Positions 18,154 through 27,167 of a stretch of 32,000 nucleotides of DNA are shown here, one piece after another. How positions within the stretch are numbered: the stretch's first letter is position 1; the number at the start of each line of letters is the position of its first letter. The position numbers and the translations under genes were made by a program. The notes beneath the pieces were generated by a model. The model was given only the letters and a program-made list of their open reading frames with translations. It was not told where the DNA came from and searched no databases. This DNA comes from a bacterium (GTDB taxonomy: Bacteria > Zhuqueibacterota > Zhuqueibacteria > Residuimicrobiales > Krinioviventaceae), in NCBI GenBank assembly GCA_963675755.2, contig CAXXMD010000003.1, positions 897,930 to 929,929 on the forward strand, written 5' to 3'.

Positions 18154-20775
18154 TTAGGATAATTTACGTCGAATGATGCTTTCGGTTTCAAGCAAAGCAT
18201 CCTGTAATTTTTCTACATCTTTGGCGCCGGCCAAAGCCATGTGCGGACTACCACCACCGCTGCCACCTGCAATAGCCGCAACTTCTTTAACAATATCACC
18301 TGCTTTTAACTGGTGAGCATTAATCACATCTTTGGTAACTATGCACAAAAAGTTTACTTTATCATTAATTACTGAACCCAGTACACCAACACCTGAACCC
18401 AGACTGTTTCTGAGAATGTCTCCGGCTGCTCGCAGCTCGTCTACGCTGCCAACATTCAACTTGCCCACAGCGAGTTTTACTCCATCTATCTCTTTAACAG
18501 ATGCCAACAGGTCTTCTATGCTGTTTTTGGAACCTTTTTCACGCAGTGCCTTTAATTCCTGCTCCATGGCTTTTCGTTCTTCCAACAGAGACTGGATTCT
18601 TGCCTGCGTTTCATCCGGAGGACAGCCAAGCGTGCTTGCGCTTGCAATCAACAACTCGCGATTGTGGCGTTGATACTCGAATGCTTTAATACCTGTCAAA
18701 GATTCAATACGACGTGTACCCGCGGCAACCGCACTTTCAGTGGTAATTACAAATTCACCAATCTCTCCGGTAGCTCTGACATGGGTACCCCCACACAATT
18801 CGCGGGAATAACCGTCAATCTCTACCATGCGGACCTCGTCGCCATATTTTTCACCAAAAAGAGCCATTGCACCCATTTCTTTGGCTTTATCTATATTCAT
18901 AATCTGCCAGGTTGTAGCACGGTTTGCCAATATATTATGATTAACAATGGATTCAATTTCTTTAATGTCGTCATCACTGACTTTTTCAAAATGCGTAAAG
19001 TCAAAACGCATATAATCCGGATGTACCAGCGAGCCCGCCTGATGTACGTGATCACCCAAAACGGTACGAAGCGCTTTGTGCAGCAAATGGGTCACGGTGT
19101 GGTTGCGCTCGGTTGCACGACGTTTTTCAATATTGATCTCGGCATAAACGGAATCACCCGCCTTGGGCGGTGTGCCGCTTTCCAACTCTCCAATGTGAAC
19201 AATATGTTCACCCATATTCTTGGTATTCTCTACCCGGAATTTGAAATGATCGTTGAAAATATGCCCTGTATCGCCTACCTGACCACCGGATTCCGCGTAA
19301 AACGGACTGTGGCGCAGTACAATACGGCCCTGTTCATAATGTAAAATTTCAGTCTCGGTTTCGTCCTTGATGTAACCCACAAATTCGGATTTTTCTTCAC
19401 CGGCATCTACCTGAATGGTGTCGTAAACCAGTTTCCTGTCTTTGCCGGAACGTTCACGCTGCTGTTCCATTTCACTGTTGAACGCTTCGGTATCTACAGA
19501 CAATCCTTTTTCCTCTGCCATTAACTCGGTCAGATCAAGGGGGAACCCATAGGTATCATGCAGCAAAAACGCGTCTTTACCCGAGAATACTGTTGTACCC
19601 GCAGACTGGGCAGCACTTGCTTTTTGCTCAAACAACTCGATTCCACGGTCAAGGGTACGGCCAAAGCTTTCTTCTTCTGCCTTGATAACCCGGGCGATAT
19701 AATCTTTTCTTTCCGCAATTTCCGGATAAGCAGAACCCATTACCTCTATCAGTGGATCCAACAATTTATAAATAAACGGTTCGCGCATATTAAGCACACG
19801 GCCAAAACGCGCACCACGTCTTAAAATTCTTCTCAAAACATAACCCCGGCCGTCATTGCTTGGTATAGCTCCGTCTGCAATAGCAAAGGAAAGCGCACGG
19901 ATATGATCGGCAAGCACACGAAACGCCACACCTTCTTCTCCGTCACTATAGGGAACACCGGTGATTTTAGCAATAGCATCCAGGATAGGCGTAAAGACAT
20001 CGGAATCGTAATTGGAATTTTTGTTCTGCATGACCGCAACAAGACGTTCAAAGCCCGCACCAGTATCCACATGCTTGGATGGCAGCAAATGAAGCTTGCC
20101 CTGATCATCACGATTGTATTGTATGAAAACCAGGTTCCACAATTCAATATAACGCGCGCAGCCACTGTTCACTTCACACACATGGTTAGGGTCTTTACTG
20201 TCACAAAACCCTTCTCCCCGATCAATATGAAGCTCGGAACAGGGTCCACAAGGACCGGTTTCACCCATTTCCCAAAAATTGTCTTTTTTATCAAATCTCA
20301 TAATATGAGAATGGTCAATATCGGTACGTTTTTTCCATTCATTTTCAGCTTCTATATCTGCTTCCACACCGTCTTTAGCATCACCACTGAAAACCGTAGC
20401 ATAAAGTTTATCTTTGGGCAATCCCCAAACATCGGTTATGAGCTCCCAGGCCCATTCTATGGCTTCTGCTTTAAAATAATCGCCAAAAGACCAGTTTCCC
20501 AGCATTTCAAAAAATGTGTGATGGTAAGTATCGCGCCCCACTTCTTCAAGGTCATTATGCTTGCCTGAAACGCGAATACATTTTTGTGAATCTGCAATGC
20601 GACTGTGGGTAATTTGTCGACTGCCAAGGAAAATATCTTTAAACTGGTTCATACCGGCATTGGTAAACAACAAGGTAGGATCGTCTTGCGGTACTACCGG
20701 TGCACTGTTAACAATGTGGTGCTGCTTGCTTTTAAAAAAATCTAAAAAAGATTGGCGAATCTCACTCGATGTCAT
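18154..20775 (-). CDS. alaS: Alanine--tRNA ligase
   Basis: It has the class II core (HHTFFEMLGNWSFGDYF), the editing-domain HxxxH (TVTHLLH) and CGGTH, and a C-terminal DHHA1 domain (GGGSPHMA). The track ORF begins at a TTG at 20799. The ATG at 20775 gives the typical N-terminus MTSSEIRQSFLDFF. Confidence 0.95.
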   Translation of the reverse strand: MTSSEIRQSFLDFFKSKQHHIVNSAPVVPQDDPTLLFTNAGMNQFKDIFLGSRQITHSRIADSQKCIRVSGKHNDLEEVGRDTYHHTFFEMLGNWSFGDYFKAEAIEWAWELITDVWGLPKDKLYATVFSGDAKDGVEADIEAENEWKKRTDIDHSHIMRFDKKDNFWEMGETGPCGPCSELHIDRGEGFCDSKDPNHVCEVNSGCARYIELWNLVFIQYNRDDQGKLHLLPSKHVDTGAGFERLVAVMQNKNSNYDSDVFTPILDAIAKITGVPYSDGEEGVAFRVLADHIRALSFAIADGAIPSNDGRGYVLRRILRRGARFGRVLNMREPFIYKLLDPLIEVMGSAYPEIAERKDYIARVIKAEEESFGRTLDRGIELFEQKASAAQSAGTTVFSGKDAFLLHDTYGFPLDLTELMAEEKGLSVDTEAFNSEMEQQRERSGKDRKLVYDTIQVDAGEEKSEFVGYIKDETETEILHYEQGRIVLRHSPFYAESGGQVGDTGHIFNDHFKFRVENTKNMGEHIVHIGELESGTPPKAGDSVYAEINIEKRRATERNHTVTHLLHKALRTVLGDHVHQAGSLVHPDYMRFDFTHFEKVSDDDIKEIESIVNHNILANRATTWQIMNIDKAKEMGAMALFGEKYGDEVRMVEIDGYSRELCGGTHVRATGEIGEFVITTESAVAAGTRRIESLTGIKAFEYQRHNRELLIASASTLGCPPDETQARIQSLLEERKAMEQELKALREKGSKNSIEDLLASVKEIDGVKLAVGKLNVGSVDELRAAGDILRNSLGSGVGVLGSVINDKVNFLCIVTKDVINAHQLKAGDIVKEVAAIAGGSGGGSPHMALAGAKDVEKLQDALLETESIIRRKLS

Positions 20776-20941
20776 ATAAAAATCCTGTTTACAAATCAAA
20801 GAATAACTATAATCTCAAAAGATAAAAAAAATATCTCTATTAATCTAATAAAAAACAAACTCAAAAACAACTTTTTAGCACAGCGTTTCATGTTTTTCAA
20901 AACACTAAAAAACGTAAACCATAGAGCTTTATGGTGCAATC

Positions 20942-22135
20942 CTATTTAATCTGAGCCAAAGCCTGCTCCAAGTCAGCAATCAATTCGTCCACATCTTCAA
21001 TTCCAATGGACAAACGCAGCATACCATCGGTAATACCAATAGCTTCGCGTTCTTCACGTGTCAAGCCCACATGCGATGTGGATGCCGGATGCATGATCAG
21101 GGTATCGATCTCGCCCAAACTGACTGTAAAGCTGCAAACCTTAACGCTGTTCATCACGGTTTTACCGGCATCAAAGCCGCCTTTGACTTCAAAGGCCATC
21201 ATACCGCCAAAACCCTGCATTTGAGATGCGGCAATATCATGGCAATGGTGTTCCGGCAATCCGGGATAAAAGACCTTGTTCACCTGATCGTGAGCTGATA
21301 AAAATTCTGCAATGCGCATGGCATTTTCACAATGTCGTTCAAGGCGCAAATTCAGGGTCTTGAGACCGCGTATAGCAAGCCATGCGTTGAACGGGCTCAT
21401 GACACCGCCAAACTTGCTCATAGTCGGGATTATCTCGCGAATTGTTTCCAGGTCGCTGACTATCATTCCACCGATAATATCACCATGACCACCAATGTAT
21501 TTTGTTGCGCTATGAACAACAATATCCGCTCCCAGATCCAATGGAGAACAGATGGGTGGCGGTGTAAAAGTATTGTCTACAACCAGACGGATATTACGCT
21601 CTTTGGCAATTTCAGCCAATTTGCGGATATCAGAAACCACCAAATGCGGATTCCCAACAACTTCGGTGTACAGAATTTTGGTCTTGTCCGTAATGGCCGC
21701 TTTGACTGCTTCCAGATCCGTAATATCAACAAAAGAGGTGTTGATCAGAAACGGTTCAAGGTGCTTTTTAAACCAGGTACGGGTACCGCCATAAATAGCA
21801 GCAGAAGAGACAATATGATCGCCGGGTCTGACAAACGTCATTAAAGCGCTGCTGATTGCCGCCATACCCGAAGCTGCCGCTAATCCGGCTTCTGCATTTT
21901 CAAGCAGCGCCACCATATTGGCCAACAGGTCCGTGGTAGGATTGCCATCGCGGGTATAAATATAGCCTTCCTTTTTACCTTCAAATACATCCAACCCATC
22001 CTGGGCAGTTTCATATTCAAAATTCACAGTCTGGTAAATAGGAGGTACATGCGAACGTACCGGCTGTTCCGGCTGCGCTGCAGCATGGATCATCCTTGTA
22101 CCATGTTTCAGTTTTTTTAATTCTTTATTATTCAA
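20942..22135 (-). CDS. Cys/Met-metabolism PLP-dependent enzyme (methionine gamma-lyase / O-acetylhomoserine sulfhydrylase / cystathionine synthase family)
   Basis: 397 aa. It has the PLP-lysine motif HSATKYIGGHGD and family-typical TRMIHAA and PASTSH segments. The exact reaction is not assignable by eye. The start is probably the TTG at 22135, which overlaps the recX stop by 8 nt. Confidence 0.85.
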   Translation of the reverse strand: MNNKELKKLKHGTRMIHAAAQPEQPVRSHVPPIYQTVNFEYETAQDGLDVFEGKKEGYIYTRDGNPTTDLLANMVALLENAEAGLAAASGMAAISSALMTFVRPGDHIVSSAAIYGGTRTWFKKHLEPFLINTSFVDITDLEAVKAAITDKTKILYTEVVGNPHLVVSDIRKLAEIAKERNIRLVVDNTFTPPPICSPLDLGADIVVHSATKYIGGHGDIIGGMIVSDLETIREIIPTMSKFGGVMSPFNAWLAIRGLKTLNLRLERHCENAMRIAEFLSAHDQVNKVFYPGLPEHHCHDIAASQMQGFGGMMAFEVKGGFDAGKTVMNSVKVCSFTVSLGEIDTLIMHPASTSHVGLTREEREAIGITDGMLRLSIGIEDVDELIADLEQALAQIK

Positions 22136-22775
22136 TATCCAATTGTTCCCAATTTTCCATTATATCACTAACAATATCCCATGTAAAACCGCGGCGCAAC
22201 AAAAAATCCGTTGCTTTCTTGCGCCCTTTATCTTCTTCATGAGACCTGTATCTTTTTTTTGCTTTCAACGCTACCTGAAGTGCAAATTCATACTCGCTGG
22301 TTTCTTCATAAGCAGCCTGAACGCCTTTTTCAATATCCTGCTCCGTCAATCCTTTGGTTCTTAATTCATTCCTGAGCATCCTGTTGCCGACGGGCTTGGT
22401 GATCATGCGATTTCGGGCAAACATGATTGAGAATTCAGTATCATTCAGCAAATTTAATCGTTCAAACTCGGCAAGCACCTCTTCAATCACTTCTGCCGAT
22501 ATTTTACTCTGACGAAAACGATCGCTCAATTCTTTTTTACTGCGCGCCCGCACTGCCAATAAACGGACACCCTTGTCTTTTGCTTGCTTCAATTCTTCAA
22601 GACGAACGATCTCGGCTATTTGCTTTTCATCCAGTTCATCGCCCTGGGCAATACCGGATTTGATCAGAACATCCTGATCCAGGCCAAAAGCAAATTCTCC
22701 GTCTAGAAAAACAGAGACACGGCTCTTTCGTTTCTGCTGGATCTGTATGTCAGTGATTCGCCGGATTTCAGACAT
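22128..22775 (-). CDS. recX: RecA regulator RecX
   Basis: 215 aa. It lies immediately downstream of recA with a 1-nt overlap (TAATG). It has a repeated three-helix pattern and the size typical of RecX. Confidence 0.8.
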   Translation of the reverse strand: MSEIRRITDIQIQQKRKSRVSVFLDGEFAFGLDQDVLIKSGIAQGDELDEKQIAEIVRLEELKQAKDKGVRLLAVRARSKKELSDRFRQSKISAEVIEEVLAEFERLNLLNDTEFSIMFARNRMITKPVGNRMLRNELRTKGLTEQDIEKGVQAAYEETSEYEFALQVALKAKKRYRSHEEDKGRKKATDFLLRRGFTWDIVSDIMENWEQLDIE

Positions 22776-23845
22776 TATTTATCGTCAGTTTTTTCTTCTT
22801 TTTCTACTTTTTCTTTTTCTGCTTCTTTTTCAGGTTCCTCATCAGACGGAATTAGATCCAAAGCTTTTCTCACTTTGATTTCAATTTCTTCAATCATTGC
22901 AGGATTTTCAGACAAGTAACGCTTTACATTTTCACGTCCCTGGCCCAGTCTTTCTTCTCCATAAGAGAACCAGGCACCTGATTTTTCTATAATTTCCTTA
23001 TCAACCGCCAGATCAAGCAGATCACCGGTTTTAGATATACCTACACCGTAAATAATATCAAACTGGGTTTCACGGAATGGCGGCGCAACTTTATTCTTAA
23101 CAACTTTGACCTTGGTGCGGTTACCAATTACATTTTCGCCATCTTTGATGGAGGCAACACGACGAATATCCAACCGAACAGATGAATAAAATTTAAGCGC
23201 GCGACCACCGGTTGTCGTTTCAGGACTTCCAAACATAACACCGATCTTTTCACGGATCTGGTTAATAAAGATAACCGAACACTTTGACTTGCTGATTGCC
23301 GCGGTCAATTTACGCATAGCCTGAGACATTAATCTGGCCTGCAAACCCATCTGCGCGTCACCCATGTCACCTTCAATTTCAGCACGGGGAACCAATGCCG
23401 CAACAGAATCCACTACAATAACATCCAGTGCGTTACTACGGACCAGGGTTTCTGTAATTTCAAGGGCCTGTTCACCGGTATCCGGTTGAGAAATTAACAG
23501 ATTGTCTGTATCTACACCCAGTTTTTTCGCATAACCGGCATCCATTGCGTGCTCTGCATCTATAAACCCTGCCAGGCCGCCAAGTTTTTGTGCTTCTGCA
23601 ACAATATGTAATGCCAACGTGGTTTTGCCTGATGATTCCGGACCATATATTTCAATAATTCTGCCTCTGGGGATACCGCCAATACCAAGTGCGGCATCAA
23701 GAGAAATGGAGCCAGTGGGAATACTATCGATTGCAATTTTTTTATTCTCACCCAGCCACATGATAGACCCTTTACCATACTGGCGCTCTATTTGACTCAT
23801 TGCCGAGTCTAATACACTTTTGCGTTCATTCTTCTGTTCAGCCAT
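22775..23845 (-). CDS. recA: Recombinase RecA
   Basis: 356 aa. It has Walker [18 protein letters not shown], Walker [11 protein letters not shown], and the L1/L2 loops ([37 protein letters not shown]). The C-terminal tail is acidic. Confidence 0.98.
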   Translation of the reverse strand: MAEQKNERKSVLDSAMSQIERQYGKGSIMWLGENKKIAIDSIPTGSISLDAALGIGGIPRGRIIEIYGPESSGKTTLALHIVAEAQKLGGLAGFIDAEHAMDAGYAKKLGVDTDNLLISQPDTGEQALEITETLVRSNALDVIVVDSVAALVPRAEIEGDMGDAQMGLQARLMSQAMRKLTAAISKSKCSVIFINQIREKIGVMFGSPETTTGGRALKFYSSVRLDIRRVASIKDGENVIGNRTKVKVVKNKVAPPFRETQFDIIYGVGISKTGDLLDLAVDKEIIEKSGAWFSYGEERLGQGRENVKRYLSENPAMIEEIEIKVRKALDLIPSDEEPEKEAEKEKVEKEEKTDDK

Positions 23846-23862
23846 AACTTGATCCTGTCTTA

Positions 23863-24423
23863 TTAAATGTTGATATGATATAACGGAGTATATACAGCAC
23901 CGGAAGGTTTTAACTCACTTTTCATCACAATAACTTTATCTGCTGTAAATGTTCCGAATTCTTTAACAATAGTTTGTAATTCATTAGAAACGCTGTCAAT
24001 ACCATCAGTTTCTTTAATCCTGCCAATCGTCAAGTGCGGAGAAAACCGGCGCTTTTCTTTTTCGTAACCCAGTTCTTCCAATTCCGTTTCTATAGCTTGC
24101 TGACAACGCACCATTTCTCCCGTGGGTTCATTCACACCAATCCAGTATACCCGGGGATTTCTAAAATTGGGAAATGCTCCTGCTCCTTTAACCGTAATTT
24201 CCGCAGGGTGGCAAGAGGTTACTGCCCGTCTAACAGCGTCATCAATATCAGTCAGGCTATCTTCTTTTACGTCACCTAAAAATTTCAAAGTCAGGTGAAT
24301 ACCATCAGGGTTCACCCAGCGGACACCGAGTCCCAATGGTTTCAATTGCGCCTGCAATTCACGAATTTCATTTCGTATGCCTGAAGGTATTTCAAAACAA
24401 ATAAATGTTCGGATATATGCCAT
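23863..24423 (-). CDS. thpR: RNA 2',3'-cyclic phosphodiesterase (2H phosphoesterase, LigT/ThpR)
   Basis: 186 aa with the two diagnostic H-x-T-x motifs (HLTLKF and HLTIGR). Confidence 0.85.
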   Translation of the reverse strand: MAYIRTFICFEIPSGIRNEIRELQAQLKPLGLGVRWVNPDGIHLTLKFLGDVKEDSLTDIDDAVRRAVTSCHPAEITVKGAGAFPNFRNPRVYWIGVNEPTGEMVRCQQAIETELEELGYEKEKRRFSPHLTIGRIKETDGIDSVSNELQTIVKEFGTFTADKVIVMKSELKPSGAVYTPLYHINI

Positions 24424-24424
24424 A

Positions 24425-25669
24425 TTATGGCTCCATACCCAATATTTTTTTGCGCAGCAGGTCTAAAGCAACCTGTGAAAATCGTTCCTTATTGCCGAGA
24501 CGATCATTGAAAAAAGTTCTTTTCTTGAATGTGGTTCCATTGGCATCGGCATAACCAACATACACAAGTCCTACCGGTTTTTCATCTGTACCGCCGGTTG
24601 GTCCGGCTATACCTGTTGTGGATACGGCATAATCGGCACCAAAACGTTCACGGGCACCTTTGGCCATAGCCTGAGCCACTTCTGCACTAACGGCACCATG
24701 CTTTTCAATCAATTCAGGAGGCACACCCAAAATATCCATCTTGGCCTGATTGCTGTAACTGACAACACCTCCCAGCAAAAACACAGAACTGCCGGATATA
24801 TTGGTAAACTTGTTTGCAATTAATCCGCCCGTGCAGGATTCCGCAATGGCAAGGGTTTGCTCTTTTTCTGTCAGCAATTGCGCCAGGGCATCCTCAAGCG
24901 GCATATCGTTTTCAGCATATATAAATGCTTCTATATTTTTACGCAGCATGATTTCAGCCTGCTGCAAAAGCTCCAGTGCTTTAGATTCTGTTCCCGCTTC
25001 CGAAATCATACGAATCTTGACTCCGGAAAGATTGGGCAAAAACGCAATTTTGGCAAGGTTTTCAATCTCGCCTACATTGCCTATCTTTTCAAACAGTGTG
25101 CTTTCGGGAATACCGGTTGTTGCCAGGGTTTTTCTGACTTTGAAGGTCCCTGTGGTGCGTTTGCGGATATCATCCAGAATAAAGCTCTGCATCATGCCTT
25201 TCATTTCACGCGGAACACCGGGAAGTACATAAAAACGCTTTTCATTGCGGGTGAACACCATTCCGGCAGCAGTACCCAGCTTGTTCTCTATTATTTCCGC
25301 GGATTTTGGCACCAAAGCTTGTTCTTCATTCACCTTGACCATGGGAACATTGCGTTTTCTGAACCGTTCTTTGACCTGTTCAAGGAGCTTTTCGCTCAAA
25401 ATCAGTTCATCATTGAAATATTCGGTCATAACCGTCTTGGTAATATCGTCATGTGTTGGCCCCAAACCGCCTGTGACCAGTATTGAATCCGCGCGAGATT
25501 CAGCGGTTTTGAGCGCATCTATCAAATGTGATCGATCATCACCAATAGTTGTGACCCATTTTACCTGAATTCCAATATTTAAAAGCTGATCTCCCATCCA
25601 GCTTGCATTTGTATTTACGGTTTGGCCGATTAACAGCTCATCTCCGATGGAAATTATTTCTATATTCAT
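24425..25669 (-). CDS. cinA: CinA: competence/damage-inducible protein (MoCF-type domain + NMN amidohydrolase PncC domain)
   Basis: 414 aa. The N-terminus MNIEIISIGDELLIGQTVNTNASW and GGLGPTHDD belong to the MoCF/MoeA-like domain. The C-terminal ESCTGG...TGIAGPTGG belongs to the CinA/PncC domain. Confidence 0.9.
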   Translation of the reverse strand: MNIEIISIGDELLIGQTVNTNASWMGDQLLNIGIQVKWVTTIGDDRSHLIDALKTAESRADSILVTGGLGPTHDDITKTVMTEYFNDELILSEKLLEQVKERFRKRNVPMVKVNEEQALVPKSAEIIENKLGTAAGMVFTRNEKRFYVLPGVPREMKGMMQSFILDDIRKRTTGTFKVRKTLATTGIPESTLFEKIGNVGEIENLAKIAFLPNLSGVKIRMISEAGTESKALELLQQAEIMLRKNIEAFIYAENDMPLEDALAQLLTEKEQTLAIAESCTGGLIANKFTNISGSSVFLLGGVVSYSNQAKMDILGVPPELIEKHGAVSAEVAQAMAKGARERFGADYAVSTTGIAGPTGGTDEKPVGLVYVGYADANGTTFKKRTFFNDRLGNKERFSQVALDLLRKKILGMEP

Positions 25670-25686
25670 AAAATCACTTTACCAAA

Positions 25687-26148
25687 TCAAGAAACATGAT
25701 AAATAAACCGGAAAATGATCTGTAACACCAGGTTACTATAGATTCCTGCCATTACGTCATCTGCCATAATACCCATACCGCCTTTGATTTTTTCCATCCG
25801 GTTCACCGGGAAAGGTTTTATAATATCAAATATCCGGAATGCAAAAAAAGCGGCAACATAGATGATCCAGTGTTTTGCGGGCAAAGCGATAACCGTAATC
25901 ATCATACCTACAACTTCATCCCAGTTGACTTTGCCAGGATCTTTGCCCCATTCAGTCTCAGCAATGTCAGATGCCCAAACGCCAATCACAAAAAAGATTG
26001 CAGACGCAATCACCAGAGTCAGCCATGACAAGGGCGGCAAAAACCATAAAACAACAACAGCGATAAACGCACCAACGGTACCGGGCGCAATGGGAAACAA
26101 ACCGGAAAAGAATGTAGTTGCGATACAAAGCGCAGTATATTTTTTCAT
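25687..26148 (-). CDS. pgpA: Phosphatidylglycerophosphatase A
   Basis: It is a small polytopic membrane protein with FPIAPGTVGAF, WDEVVGM and FRIFDIIKPFP, which are PgpA signatures. The track start at 26160 is a TTG. The ATG at 26148 (MKKYTALC...) is preferred. Confidence 0.85.
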   Translation of the reverse strand: MKKYTALCIATTFFSGLFPIAPGTVGAFIAVVVLWFLPPLSWLTLVIASAIFFVIGVWASDIAETEWGKDPGKVNWDEVVGMMITVIALPAKHWIIYVAAFFAFRIFDIIKPFPVNRMEKIKGGMGIMADDVMAGIYSNLVLQIIFRFIYHVS

Positions 26149-26175
26149 AAAATATCCCAATCTTTTTTAATATGT

Positions 26176-26204
26176 ATAATAAAAAAACTCTTTATTAAAG
26201 GCAA
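26176..26204 (-). promoter_or_regulatory. Candidate sigma70-type promoter for pgpA-cinA-thpR-recA-recX
   Basis: The minus strand reads TTGCCT (26204-26199), a 17-nt spacer, then TATTAT (26181-26176), about 28 nt upstream of the pgpA ATG. This is a pattern match only. Confidence 0.35.
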
Positions 26205-26216
26205 GATGAAAACAGG

Positions 26217-26813
26217 TTAAAAATCCATGCGTCCTTCAAGTGCTCTGGCCAATGTCAGCTCGTCTGCATACTCCAGGTCTGCACCTACCGGTATTCCCCG
26301 GGCAATGCGAGACAATTTAATCCCCATAGGTTTAATCAACTTGGCAAGATATATCGCTGTGGCTTCACCCTCGGTGTTGGGATTGGTAGCAATAATGATC
26401 TCTTGAATATCATCCTTCAAGCGCGCAAGCAATTCTTTGATTCGCAAATCATCAGGCCCCACACCGTCCAGTGGAGATAAAACTCCACCCAAAACATGGT
26501 ACAATCCCTTGTATTCTCCCGTCTTTTCAAAAGCAATAATATCATTAGCTTCTTCAACAACGCACAGGGTCTTTTTATCGCGCCGTTCACTGCGGCAGAT
26601 ATCACAAGGATCATCTTCTGTAATATTGAAACAAATCGTACAGTGTTTAACCTTTTCCTTCAAATCGGTCAACGCTTTTGCAAGTCCCTGTACTTCTTCT
26701 GACGGCACTTTTAACAGATAAAAAACATGCCGCTGGGCGGATTTTCGTCCAACCCCCGGCAATTTACTGAGTTCATGTATAGCACGCTCTACAGCTTCGG
26801 ATGAGTACTTCAT
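26217..26813 (-). CDS. recR: Recombination protein RecR
   Basis: 198 aa. It has a helix-hairpin-helix (LPGVGRKSAQR), a C4 zinc finger (CTICFNITEDDPCDIC) and a Toprim domain. Confidence 0.95.
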   Translation of the reverse strand: MKYSSEAVERAIHELSKLPGVGRKSAQRHVFYLLKVPSEEVQGLAKALTDLKEKVKHCTICFNITEDDPCDICRSERRDKKTLCVVEEANDIIAFEKTGEYKGLYHVLGGVLSPLDGVGPDDLRIKELLARLKDDIQEIIIATNPNTEGEATAIYLAKLIKPMGIKLSRIARGIPVGADLEYADELTLARALEGRMDF

Positions 26814-26830
26814 AATCTATTCGCTTTATA

Positions 26831-27154
26831 TTAAAAGCCCGGAATTTTCATGTTGCCCATATTCGGAGTTACTTTGGCCATTTCCTGGTCCGCGCGGGCT
26901 TTGGCATTTTCCATAGCCTGATTTACAGCAGCAAGCACCAGGTCTTCAAGCATTTCCACATCATCAGGATCAACCACTTCGGGATCAATTTTAATTTCAA
27001 GGATTCGCTGTGCGGCAGTTGCTTTTACATTTACCATTCCGCCACCTGCGGTACCTTCTACCTCTATGCTTGCCAGGTTTTCCTGTGCCTTTTCCATATC
27101 TCTTTGCATTTTTTGGGCCTGTTTCATCAGGTTTCCCATAGCTGCTTTATTCAT
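26831..27154 (-). CDS. ybaB: Nucleoid-associated protein YbaB/EbfC
   Basis: It has the family-typical MGNLMKQAQKMQ...GGG(M)V...DPDD(V)EMLEDL. The track start at 27160 is a GTG. An AAGGAG lies 5 nt upstream of the ATG at 27154. Confidence 0.9.
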   Translation of the reverse strand: MNKAAMGNLMKQAQKMQRDMEKAQENLASIEVEGTAGGGMVNVKATAAQRILEIKIDPEVVDPDDVEMLEDLVLAAVNQAMENAKARADQEMAKVTPNMGNMKIPGF

Positions 27155-27167
27155 AAACACTCCTTGG

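Noticed and set aside
22786-22850. A low-complexity T/C-rich DNA stretch (tttttcttctttttctactttttctttttctgcttcttttt) looks like a repeat.
   Set aside because: It simply encodes the acidic Glu/Lys-rich C-terminal tail of RecA ([21 protein letters not shown]) on the opposite strand.
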